Shown piece after piece: positions 17,406-25,837 of a DNA stretch of 32,000 bases; position 1 is the first letter of the stretch; each line of letters begins with the position of its first letter. The position numbers and the translations under genes are program-made. Source of the stretch: Methylophaga frappieri (GTDB lineage Bacteria; Pseudomonadota; Gammaproteobacteria; Nitrosococcales; Methylophagaceae); assembly GCF_000260965.1 (NCBI RefSeq), contig NC_017856.1, positions 990,001-1,022,000 on the forward strand. Direction: 5' to 3'. Under the pieces are notes generated by a model, which was not told the origin of the DNA, searched no databases, and saw nothing but the letters and a program-made list of their open reading frames with translations.

Positions 17406-17921
17406 ATGGGTAAGAAAAAAACGCTGACACAGGTCTCCTATGGGCTCGATACCCCGGAGGACCTGCTTGCTAAGTTCTTGCACGATGCTCAACGGATTGA
17501 TGTAGCGCCTCATCGGTATGACCTCTTTAATTTTTTTGTGACAGGGGCCGTACTACATGAGTGGTGCCGAAAGTATTTCAGGGATCACCCAATTTCTGGG
17601 CAGCTAGAAGGAGCAGCGGGGAGCAAGCCAAAGTTTGAGAGTCTCCCACCAAAGTCTGCAGAATGGATCACCGATAAATCATGCCTCCCAAATAAAGGAC
17701 AGGACGCAAGACGGCACATTGCCAATGCTCTTCGTATTTGTATCGAAACAGCCAATGCAAGCAAGCATTTTCACTGGTTTGATGGTAGTGGAGTATCGGC
17801 GATTCAAGACCAGCCTCAAGTCAAAGATTGGTACCAATACTACTTCACTTCTGTGGTGCCCGGCGTATATATCGAGTACAACAGCGAGTACTACACCGTA
17901 GAGCAGGTTCGAGACATCTAG
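17406..17921 (+). CDS. Hypothetical protein, about 171 aa, no recognisable family (alternative TTG start 17385)
   Basis: Long ORF at about 50 % GC, unlike its two AT-rich neighbours. The ATG at 17406 overlaps the stop of a 12-codon mini-ORF (17375-17413) that has its own GAGGG RBS. Confidence 0.45.
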   Translation: MGKKKTLTQVSYGLDTPEDLLAKFLHDAQRIDVAPHRYDLFNFFVTGAVLHEWCRKYFRDHPISGQLEGAAGSKPKFESLPPKSAEWITDKSCLPNKGQDARRHIANALRICIETANASKHFHWFDGSGVSAIQDQPQVKDWYQYYFTSVVPGVYIEYNSEYYTVEQVRDI

Positions 17922-17985
17922 GTGCAGTTCTTCAGCGGTCTTCTAGAACATGTTCGGGGCGAAAATGGATCATCACAAGATGTTC

Positions 17986-18004
17986 TCTAACTAAAGCGTT
18001 AACT
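17986..18004. repeat. Short palindromic junction carrying inverse-core-like TCTAAC and core-like GTTAACT heptamers 6 nt apart (possible collapsed attC)
   Basis: TCTAAC-TAAAGC-GTTAACT. The motif AAGCGTTAAC is shared with the 3' end of the 16790-16859 element. Confidence 0.2.
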
Positions 18005-18048
18005 CTTTTACAAATACAGCCAAGTAATTTTGTAGCAATCTGAAACCT

Positions 18049-18489
18049 TTAAAGCGCCCCACTGCAACGCATTTCAAAGAACCCATCATGACGTTTAAAG
18101 ACCCGATCTTTTTGGTTGGCATCTTTAAAATCCAATTCGTCCTCAGTAACCGACACATCGCTAAAAGTAATGCTTTTGGCTGAGTCAGATTCTTTATACA
18201 CATTGAAATCACTATAGGTTTTTGGCATTTGAACTAAGGATGTGCCATTTAACTCCCAGGTGCCAGTCTGTTCATCTACCCAAATTAATTTTTTTATCTC
18301 ACACAGCATTTTCAAAGACACATAAGTGTTATCCGCTTTTAGCTGAAGCAGCCACAGGGTCGACTCGGTGACATTATTATGAATTGTCGCATGCCATGTG
18401 CCGATGACTTCGTCATTGCTCGGATCGGCCTGTGCGGATAGCGAAAGCGATAAGATTGAAACAAGAAGTATCCACTTTGAAACTGTCAT
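18049..18489 (-). CDS. Secreted small beta-rich (lipocalin-like) protein of unknown function
   Basis: Signal peptide MTVSKWILLVSILSLSLSAQA. GTWHA and GTWELNG repeats are typical of lipocalin-like/META-type periplasmic domains. Confidence 0.5.
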   Translation of the reverse strand: MTVSKWILLVSILSLSLSAQADPSNDEVIGTWHATIHNNVTESTLWLLQLKADNTYVSLKMLCEIKKLIWVDEQTGTWELNGTSLVQMPKTYSDFNVYKESDSAKSITFSDVSVTEDELDFKDANQKDRVFKRHDGFFEMRCSGAL

Positions 18490-18724
18490 TTTTCTCTCTC
18501 ATTTTTTGGGATTGCTGCATTAAGCAACGGATAACTCAGGGTATGACTTGGTCAAAACCAGCCGTTTTTTTAACCATCATTACATGACACGCCAGTCAAT
18601 TCTAGTCTCACTTAATAGGACAGTGAAGTTTGAGGGATCGTAGCCGGACAGGGTTAAAAAGCGTAAGTATCTAATAGCGAGTGCACTGGGGCGCTTGCGG
18701 TAGGTGCCGAAAGGCAAGGCGAGA

Positions 18725-18752
18725 TAAAAAATAAGCGGCCATTACGGCCGCT
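18725..18752 (-). terminator. Rho-independent terminator of the siderophore receptor gene
   Basis: On the minus strand: AGCGGCC-GTAAT-GGCCGCT followed by TTATTTTTTAT, 24 nt after the receptor stop. Confidence 0.6.
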
Positions 18753-18775
18753 CATTTTGTCATGCTATGGCTGGC

Positions 18776-20884
18776 TTACCATTTGTGATTCAGGGTTGCC
18801 GTGATTTCACGACCCGGATTGTAGTAATCCGCCGTACCCGAGCCGACCACATGCTGGTCATCAAACAGGTTACGTACAAATAACGTAAAGTCTGTTCCTT
18901 GATAGAAGTGGTAGGTAAACGATCCATCTACGATAGTTGCAGATTCACTTTTTGCCGTGTTTGCAGTATCAAAGTAATACGAACCGGTGTAGCGCACCCC
19001 GAGACCAAAGCTGGCATAGCGATTTGGCAAGGTGTAGTGTCCCCAAACGGATGCCATATGTTTCGGCGCGGCAGTAAATTCTTTACCTTTGATTGAGGTG
19101 CCGCTACGCAGCGTGCCTTTGACCACCTCGGTTTCCATGTAAGAGTAGCCACCGGTCAGGCTGAATTGTTCGGTCAGGTCAATCTTGGCTTCAAAATCAA
19201 CCCCTTGCACTTCAGATTCGCCGATTGTTTCACGCTCAATAATGCCGTTTTCCTGAACAACGGCGATAGTGACATCATCTTTTTCCAGGTCATATACCGA
19301 GACAGAGAACAAGGCGTTTGTGTTAATCGGCGCGTATTTCATGCCGATTTCATATTGCTTGCCTCGCTCCGGTGTGACGCCAATACTTGGCGGCGCAACG
19401 GATTCCACCATGCTGATGTAGGTTGAGACTTCCTGATTCCATTTGTAGGTCAGGGCACCGCGGACAGAAGTTTCTGAGAAATCATCAGAAGATTTGAACC
19501 CGGTGATGTCGGTACTGGATAGATCCAGTCGATCATTTCTGACCCCACCTGTCACAATAAACTTGTCGTTAAATGAAAAATTTTGTTGTAAGAAGGCAGA
19601 CTTGGTTTTGTAATCACGATCATTGCGGCTGTAATAACTCAGGCTGCCCGGTGCACCACTGTATAAAGGGTTCGCAATATTAATCGGTGCGGCATCGCCA
19701 TAGAAGGATTGGTCTTCACTTGATGCATCACGATATTCAAGACCCGCCAAGGTACTGCTGTCGAAGTAGGTAAATTCTGCGTCGTATTGCAGGATAGCGT
19801 TACTGATAAATTCTTCTGCTTCGCCATCGGTGCCAAAGTAAAACCGTGACAGATCCGTGCCGGTACGGCCGGCAAAATCATACAAATAGATATAACCAAA
19901 ATCATCAGTCAGATCGCTGTAACGCATATTGGCTCGGAACAACAGGCCATTATCGAAATCATGGGTAAATTGACCGGTGACACTGGTACGTTCCACCTCA
20001 TGATAGTTAAAGGCAGATTCACCAAAAAACTCATCCCGATCGTACTCTCTATCCAGTGGGTAACCACCGCTGTTTGGCGAGCTATCACGATTCAGGTAAT
20101 CCAGAATCAGGGTTGCCGAGGTAAAATCTGTTGGCTCCCAGGTCAGGCCACCCATCACAAATTCGTTATCATTTTTTGAGTGATCGTATTCGCGATCACT
20201 ATCTTCAATTTTAGCGGTAAAGCGATAAGCGAGCGTGGCGTCCTCATTGAGGCTATCACCTAAATCCAAACCAACTTCTTTGTGGTCGAATGAGCCATAC
20301 GTGACATAGCCGCTGCCGAATTTTTCAAATTTTGGTCGTTTGCTGACAAAATTTACCGAGCCGCCCGGATCTGCCGGACCAAACAAGGTGGAATTCGCGC
20401 CTCTTAATACTTCGACCCGTTCATAAGCATACGCATCTTCACGAACACCACGCATTGACCCTAAGGTGAGACCATCACGATAAGTGGTGGCCTGAAAACC
20501 ACGAATTTGGAAATAATCATTGCGATCATCCGTACCATAGAAGTCAGTAATCACACCGGGGGTATATTCGAGTAACTCTTCCGTGGTGCTGACATTACGC
20601 TGTTCAATTTCTTTTTCGGTAATCACGGATACCGAGGCCGGCGTGTCCAGTACGCTGGTCGCGACTTTACCGCCAACCCAAAGCTCTTCAGCAACGATAT
20701 CATTAGCATCATCATCGACAGCATTGGCCTGCGCATTGACGATAATTGGCGTAAATCGATAGGTTTCGTTATCGCGTGCTTCTTCAGCATGAACAGCCAG
20801 TGATGCCGCCAATACAGGAGAACAAAGCAAGAGCGCTGCTTTATTCACATTGACGCGTTTAAACCGGGATTTTGTTTGAGACAT
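18776..20884 (-). CDS. TonB-dependent siderophore receptor
   Basis: 702 aa with a signal peptide ending AVHA. Plug motifs SVITEKEIEQRNVSTTEELLEYTPGV, IRGF and VEVLRGANSTLFG. The barrel ends ..LNHKW. Confidence 0.9.
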   Translation of the reverse strand: MSQTKSRFKRVNVNKAALLLCSPVLAASLAVHAEEARDNETYRFTPIIVNAQANAVDDDANDIVAEELWVGGKVATSVLDTPASVSVITEKEIEQRNVSTTEELLEYTPGVITDFYGTDDRNDYFQIRGFQATTYRDGLTLGSMRGVREDAYAYERVEVLRGANSTLFGPADPGGSVNFVSKRPKFEKFGSGYVTYGSFDHKEVGLDLGDSLNEDATLAYRFTAKIEDSDREYDHSKNDNEFVMGGLTWEPTDFTSATLILDYLNRDSSPNSGGYPLDREYDRDEFFGESAFNYHEVERTSVTGQFTHDFDNGLLFRANMRYSDLTDDFGYIYLYDFAGRTGTDLSRFYFGTDGEAEEFISNAILQYDAEFTYFDSSTLAGLEYRDASSEDQSFYGDAAPINIANPLYSGAPGSLSYYSRNDRDYKTKSAFLQQNFSFNDKFIVTGGVRNDRLDLSSTDITGFKSSDDFSETSVRGALTYKWNQEVSTYISMVESVAPPSIGVTPERGKQYEIGMKYAPINTNALFSVSVYDLEKDDVTIAVVQENGIIERETIGESEVQGVDFEAKIDLTEQFSLTGGYSYMETEVVKGTLRSGTSIKGKEFTAAPKHMASVWGHYTLPNRYASFGLGVRYTGSYYFDTANTAKSESATIVDGSFTYHFYQGTDFTLFVRNLFDDQHVVGSGTADYYNPGREITATLNHKW

Positions 20885-20974
20885 AAGTTTGCGTGTTCCT
20901 TAAAAATCGACAGATTATGTTGCTTTATAACAACAATTTTCTGGATTATAGACTTTTAACAACACACAATCAAT

Positions 20975-20993
20975 GCAAATGAGATTCAATTTT
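20975..20993. promoter_or_regulatory. Candidate Fur box upstream of the siderophore receptor
   Basis: GCAAATGAGATTCAATTTT matches 12/19 positions of GATAATGATAATCATTATC. It lies about 90-110 nt upstream of the receptor start in an AT-rich divergent promoter region. Confidence 0.35.
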
Positions 20994-21097
20994 ATTTAAA
21001 ATGGATAAGTTCAATTTATAAAATTAAATATTGAGCAAATGGCCGCAACATTCACGATATGATTGCGTTAAGTTAAAGCGCTTGGTGGAGAATCGCA

Positions 21098-21463
21098 TTG
21101 AAAAACCTCAAAACAATCGAACTGAAAGCTTTTATTCCCGCAAAAGACTATGCCCTATCAAAGCAGTTTTACGGTGATTTGGGTTTTACGATGGCATCAG
21201 ATACTAACGGCATTGCCTACTTTCATTTCGAATCATGCAGCTTTTTGCTGCAGGATTTTTATCAGCAGGAATTGGCAGAAAACCTGATGATGCATCTCTT
21301 GGTTGCTGACGCCAATGCCTGGCACCAGCACCTTACTGACATCGGTCTGGCTGAAAAATATGGGATCAAATTATCAAAAGTGAGTGCCCAACCTTGGGGT
21401 ATGCTGGATTTTGTCTTGGTAGATCCAAGTGGCGTGCTATGGCGATTTGGGCAAAATATTTAA
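21098..21463 (+). CDS. VOC/glyoxalase-bleomycin-resistance family protein
   Basis: 121 aa. TTG start with GGTGGAG 7 nt upstream. The beta-alpha-beta-beta-beta pattern (..FY.DLGF.., ..DPSGVLWRF) is typical of the family. Confidence 0.6.
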   Translation: MKNLKTIELKAFIPAKDYALSKQFYGDLGFTMASDTNGIAYFHFESCSFLLQDFYQQELAENLMMHLLVADANAWHQHLTDIGLAEKYGIKLSKVSAQPWGMLDFVLVDPSGVLWRFGQNI

Positions 21464-21488
21464 GAGTGAAATTTGATAGGTAGCCCTG

Positions 21489-21842
21489 ATGGTCTCAGAT
21501 GCGCTTTTTAACATGCCTTTTGCCAAGCTCTATGACTGTTACGTCAATAAAGCACTGCGCAAAAACCGAAATCAGGAAGACGTCGATACGATCATCTGTT
21601 GGCTGACCGGTTACGATTTAACGGGTTTACAGCGGCAGATTGCCAAGCAACATTCTGTCGCCCTGTTTTTTGACCATGCCCCGGCATTGCATCCTCAACA
21701 TACTGAGATTACCGGTGTCGTCTGTGGCGTTCGGGTTGAGCAAGTTTCAGATCCCTTAATGCGGAAAATACGTTATCTCGACAAACTGATTGATGAACTG
21801 GCCAAGGGTAAAACCATGCCACAAATTCTGCGTCAGGTTTGA
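21489..21842 (+). CDS. DUF2200-like protein
   Basis: F.MPFAKLYDCYVNKALRKNRNQEDVDTIICWLTGY matches the conserved N-terminal half of DUF2200 as I remember it. Confidence 0.5.
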   Translation: MVSDALFNMPFAKLYDCYVNKALRKNRNQEDVDTIICWLTGYDLTGLQRQIAKQHSVALFFDHAPALHPQHTEITGVVCGVRVEQVSDPLMRKIRYLDKLIDELAKGKTMPQILRQV

Positions 21843-21857
21843 GGTCTCACCAATAAA

Positions 21858-22754
21858 TTAGCTTTCATCAAACAAATTTGGCTGGCTCAGCCATTTATCC
21901 AAATCGGTTTCACCCAAAACATGCATCAAAAATAACAACAGCCGATAACTCAGCCTACAGGTTGATAAATCCGGCATCTCATGCGTTTCGCAATAGACTT
22001 CTTTAAATAAACGCGCTTGCTCAGACGTGAGCACAAACTCTAGCAACACCAGTTCCAATGTTTTCGGCGCAATGACATAGGCATCCAGATCCACCAAGGC
22101 ATACAACTCTGCATCATTGACCAAAAACTGATCCCAGCGCAGATCGGGCATGACGGCAACAAAAGGCGCTGGCCTTATGCTTTGTGACTCGCGCCAGACT
22201 TGATCTAACAAGGTCGGCGAAATGGTCAGCTTGGCGTGCTCAACCATGTATTGAATGGTTTGCCACAAACGAATTGGCCATTTATCAACCGCGAAGGTTG
22301 GCTTCGCCAAATTTCCCCACTGGCTAAAAGTCTGCTGGTGTAATGCCGTAATATGTCTTGCCAGCGTTCGAACCTGCTCCGCCGTGATCGCCGACTCATC
22401 AGGCATGTTACCGTTCAAAAACCGGCTTAGCATAAACCCTTTTGCGCTGGCGGCTAAACACTCTGGAATAGCCAATCTGCCGTGTTGCTGCAAAAAGGCA
22501 ACCACCGACATCATCTGATTTAATGATGCCGGAAAGTTCATTGCAAATAGGCGGTTCATCCCCTGCCAGAATGCCGACTGACGAATTTGTCGGGTATCAC
22601 AAACCTTTAAAATCGCTGGTCCAGAAACGGTTTCACAACGCCAAAGTTGATGCGTACTATCCGCATACCGTTGCGGTAAGGCAATGGCAGGTGCCGTCAG
22701 CACTGGCAGCGTTCGTTGTTGAACGGCAGCCAGTGCCGGATAGGCGTTTACCAA
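21858..22754 (-). CDS. Divergent protein-kinase-fold / aminoglycoside-phosphotransferase-like protein
   Basis: AILKV (beta-3 Lys). A catalytic-loop-like MPDLRWDQFLV sits where APH has HGDLHPGN. LVDLDAY is the metal-binding DxD/DFG equivalent. The TTG start overlaps the SDR stop by 7 nt. Confidence 0.5.
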   Translation of the reverse strand: MVNAYPALAAVQQRTLPVLTAPAIALPQRYADSTHQLWRCETVSGPAILKVCDTRQIRQSAFWQGMNRLFAMNFPASLNQMMSVVAFLQQHGRLAIPECLAASAKGFMLSRFLNGNMPDESAITAEQVRTLARHITALHQQTFSQWGNLAKPTFAVDKWPIRLWQTIQYMVEHAKLTISPTLLDQVWRESQSIRPAPFVAVMPDLRWDQFLVNDAELYALVDLDAYVIAPKTLELVLLEFVLTSEQARLFKEVYCETHEMPDLSTCRLSYRLLLFLMHVLGETDLDKWLSQPNLFDES

Positions 22755-23422
22755 GGCAGAATTTCACCATTCATGTGCCAGAAAGTACCGGTATTATTCA
22801 GGGTCAAATCCGTCATTCTGGCGATTAAACCGGATGCTGATTCATCGGCATCGACCAGCCCGCCATGCCCGGTCATGTCGGTGCGAACCCAGCCGGGATG
22901 GAGAATTGCCACGGCAATACCATCACTTTTCAAATCTAATGATAAGGATTTACCGGCCGCATTTAGCGCTGCTTTTGACATGCGGTAAGCATAACTGCCA
23001 CCAGAATCATTATCGGCAATCGAGCCCATTCGACTGGTAATTAAGCCGACCTTACTGCCTGATTGCAGGTGTTTACGTAGAATCTGTGTGGTCACCAGTG
23101 GGCCAAGACTATTCACTTCATACATGCGTTTGAAGTTTTCCAAAGTATTGACGTCAATATCATTGAGGCCCAGACCACCGGCAATACCGGCATTATTTAT
23201 TAACCAGTCAATTTTGCGATCACCCAAGGTATTGGATAATGTTTTTAAACTGGCTGGGTCGCTGACATCAACGTCGCTGATCACTTCGACATCGAGCGCA
23301 TTTAGCGCCGATGAGGCTTGTCGACAAGTTGCGATGACTGAAAATCCTTGCGCTTGTAATTGTCGGCATAGTTCCAGCCCGATGCCACGATTGCTGCCGG
23401 TAATTAATGCGGTTTGTGTCAT
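22748..23422 (-). CDS. Short-chain dehydrogenase/reductase (CsgA/C-factor-like, 224 aa)
   Basis: TGSNRGIG cofactor motif, NNAG, and catalytic S...YRMSK. 4-nt overlap with mtnA. Confidence 0.85.
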   Translation of the reverse strand: MTQTALITGSNRGIGLELCRQLQAQGFSVIATCRQASSALNALDVEVISDVDVSDPASLKTLSNTLGDRKIDWLINNAGIAGGLGLNDIDVNTLENFKRMYEVNSLGPLVTTQILRKHLQSGSKVGLITSRMGSIADNDSGGSYAYRMSKAALNAAGKSLSLDLKSDGIAVAILHPGWVRTDMTGHGGLVDADESASGLIARMTDLTLNNTGTFWHMNGEILPW

Positions 23423-24480
23423 ATTGTGTTCCTCCTCTCTCTTAACGATTGCATTGTAACGGCTGAGGGCGATTTCACCACCCCGGTTTCCGTAACAATC
23501 GCGGTAATCAACTCTGCCGGCGTGACATCAAACGCCGGATTACTAATCTCAACCTCATAGGGCGCATGGCGATGCTGGCCAATGTGCGTCACTTCACGAC
23601 GCTCGCGTTGTTCGATGGGTATTCGGCTGCCAGACTCACACTGCCAATCAATGGTTGCCGTAGGCGCGACCACCATCATCTTCACCTGATGATATTGTGC
23701 CAATACAGCCAGACCATAGGTACCAATCTTGTTGGCAACATCGCCATTGGCTGCAATACGATCTGCGCCGACAATAATCCAGTCAACTTTGCCGGTTGCT
23801 AATAACGCTGCTGCTGCCAAGTCAGCTTGTAACACGCAAGGAATATGGTCTCGCATCAACTCCCATGCGGTCAGTCGAGCCCCCTGCAACCAGGGCCGGG
23901 TTTCATCGACATAAACACGGCTGATTTTCCCCTCGCTGTGAGCCTGACGAATCACACCAAGCGCCGTCCCAAATCCGCCTGTCGCCAGAGCGCCGGCATT
24001 GCAGTGCGTTAAGACCGTGCTGCCGGGTTGAATAAGCTCTGCACCTAATCGACCCATCGTTTTGTTATCGGTAATATCCGCGTCATGGATAGCTTTGGCG
24101 GCATCTAACAAAACCGCTTCGGGTTGCTGATTATTGGGCAAAGCGTCGATGCGACGCTGCATGTGGTTAATCGCCCACTGCAAATTCACTGCCGTGGGAC
24201 GCGAAACCGCCAGATCCCGAAGAGGCCGCGTCATCGCTTGCTTCCAGATTGTTCCCTTTTTCGCCCAAGCATAGCGGCTGGCTAAGACAACGGCATAGGC
24301 TGCAGCAATGCCAATGGCTGGCGCTCCTCTGACGACCATTTGCCGGATGGCCAAGGCAACGTCGCCACAGCTCTCAAATTCCAGCCAAACTTGCTCAAGT
24401 GGCAGACGTCGCTGATCCAACATCACTAATTTACCGGCTTGCCAACGCAGGGGTTGTATTGAAGAGTTTAATTCTGACAC
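23419..24480 (-). CDS. mtnA: S-methyl-5-thioribose-1-phosphate isomerase
   Basis: MVVRGAPAIGIAAAY, RPTAVNL, THCNAGALAT, DETRPWLQGARLTAWEL and VGADRIAANGDVANKIGTY are all present. I place the start at GTG 24480, with AAGGAGA 5 nt upstream. The track start at 24528 would overlap mtaD. Confidence 0.9.
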   Translation of the reverse strand: MSELNSSIQPLRWQAGKLVMLDQRRLPLEQVWLEFESCGDVALAIRQMVVRGAPAIGIAAAYAVVLASRYAWAKKGTIWKQAMTRPLRDLAVSRPTAVNLQWAINHMQRRIDALPNNQQPEAVLLDAAKAIHDADITDNKTMGRLGAELIQPGSTVLTHCNAGALATGGFGTALGVIRQAHSEGKISRVYVDETRPWLQGARLTAWELMRDHIPCVLQADLAAAALLATGKVDWIIVGADRIAANGDVANKIGTYGLAVLAQYHQVKMMVVAPTATIDWQCESGSRIPIEQRERREVTHIGQHRHAPYEVEISNPAFDVTPAELITAIVTETGVVKSPSAVTMQSLRERRNTI

Positions 24481-24517
24481 TGTGTTCTCCTTTGCCGGAC
24501 AGTTATAATCAAACGCT

Positions 24518-25837
24518 ATGAAAGCCATTGATCTGTTGATTCATGCCCGCTGGTGCCTGCCAATGACAGGCAGCACTGATATTTTTGAACATTATGCGCT
24601 TGCTGTTCACCAAGGGCATATCGTGGCATTACTGCCTCAAGATCAAGCTGACCAACAGTTTACCGCGACACAAGTTCACCGTCTTGATGATCATGTGTTG
24701 ATGCCCGGCCTGATTAACAATCATGGCCATAGCGCGATGACCCTGTTTCGTGGCTTGGCGGATGATTTGCCCTTGATGCAATGGCTGCATGAACATATCT
24801 GGCCGGCGGAGCAACGCTTTGTTGGGGATGCCTTTGTTGAGGCAGGTTCCGCACTGGCAGTCGCCGAAATGCTGCGGGGTGGCACCACCACCTTCAGTGA
24901 TATGTATTTTTTTCCGGAAGCCACGGCTCGTGTGGTTGATAGAACTGGTATTCGTGCCAGTCTGGGTATGGTTGTCATTCAGTTTCCCACCAACTGGGCT
25001 AGCGATGTGAATGAGTACTTACATAAAGGGCAGGCGCTGCATGATAAGTACCGACATCATCCCCGCATTACCACAAATTACGCACCGCATGCACCCTACA
25101 CCGTCGACGATGCCACACTGGCACAAATCATGGTGAATGCGGAAGAACTGGATGTGCCTATCCAAATGCATATCCATGAAACGGTGAGTGAAATTCAGAC
25201 CAGCATCGATAATTATGGCAAAAGGCCGCTAGCCCGCCTAAAAGAACTTGGTCTCCTCTCACCAAGACTGATTGCCACGCATATGACCCAGTTATTGCCT
25301 GAAGAAATTGCCGACTGCGCGCGGGCCGGTGTGCATATCGCACATTGCCCCGAATCCAATATGAAGTTAGCCAGCGGTTTTTCGCCCATTGATGCAATGC
25401 ATCAGGCTGGGCTAAATATCACCATTGGCACCGATGGCGCAGCATCAAATAATGATTTGGATATGTTTGCTGAAATGCGCCAAACCGCTTTACTGGCCAA
25501 GGCCGTCTCCGGTAATCCCAGTGCTGTCCCGGCGTATAGTGCTTTGGAAATGGCCACTATCAATGGAGCGAAAGCGCTGGGCATTGCCGAAACCACGGGC
25601 TCACTTGCCGTTGGCAAAGCCGCAGATATGATTGCCGTAGAACTGACAGATATCGAATCTGTTCCGATGTACGACCTTGCCTCGCAACTGGTCTATGCAA
25701 CTGGTCGTGATAAAGTCACCGATGCTTGGGTGGCTGGCAAACACGTCTTGAAACAGAAACAGTTAACAACGCTGGATGCGTCCAAAATTTTATCTGATGC
25801 TCAACAATGGGCGAAAACCATAAAGGCTAGTTCATGA
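24518..25837 (+). CDS. mtaD: 5-methylthioadenosine/S-adenosylhomocysteine deaminase (amidohydrolase)
   Basis: [22 protein letters not shown] (HxH metal site), HIHET, and [12 protein letters not shown], typical of MtaD/TrzA-type deaminases. Confidence 0.85.
   Translation: MKAIDLLIHARWCLPMTGSTDIFEHYALAVHQGHIVALLPQDQADQQFTATQVHRLDDHVLMPGLINNHGHSAMTLFRGLADDLPLMQWLHEHIWPAEQRFVGDAFVEAGSALAVAEMLRGGTTTFSDMYFFPEATARVVDRTGIRASLGMVVIQFPTNWASDVNEYLHKGQALHDKYRHHPRITTNYAPHAPYTVDDATLAQIMVNAEELDVPIQMHIHETVSEIQTSIDNYGKRPLARLKELGLLSPRLIATHMTQLLPEEIADCARAGVHIAHCPESNMKLASGFSPIDAMHQAGLNITIGTDGAASNNDLDMFAEMRQTALLAKAVSGNPSAVPAYSALEMATINGAKALGIAETTGSLAVGKAADMIAVELTDIESVPMYDLASQLVYATGRDKVTDAWVAGKHVLKQKQLTTLDASKILSDAQQWAKTIKASS

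Noticed and set aside
18576-18660. Possible further attC between TTTTTAACC and GGGTTAAAAAGCG
   Set aside because: The sequences flanking the putative R boxes are not complementary, so no L stem can form.
24481-24528. Upstream ATG start for mtnA ([16 protein letters not shown]...)
   Set aside because: It would overlap the divergent mtaD start. GTG 24480 has a near-perfect AAGGAGA RBS, and the conserved MtnA sequence begins after it.
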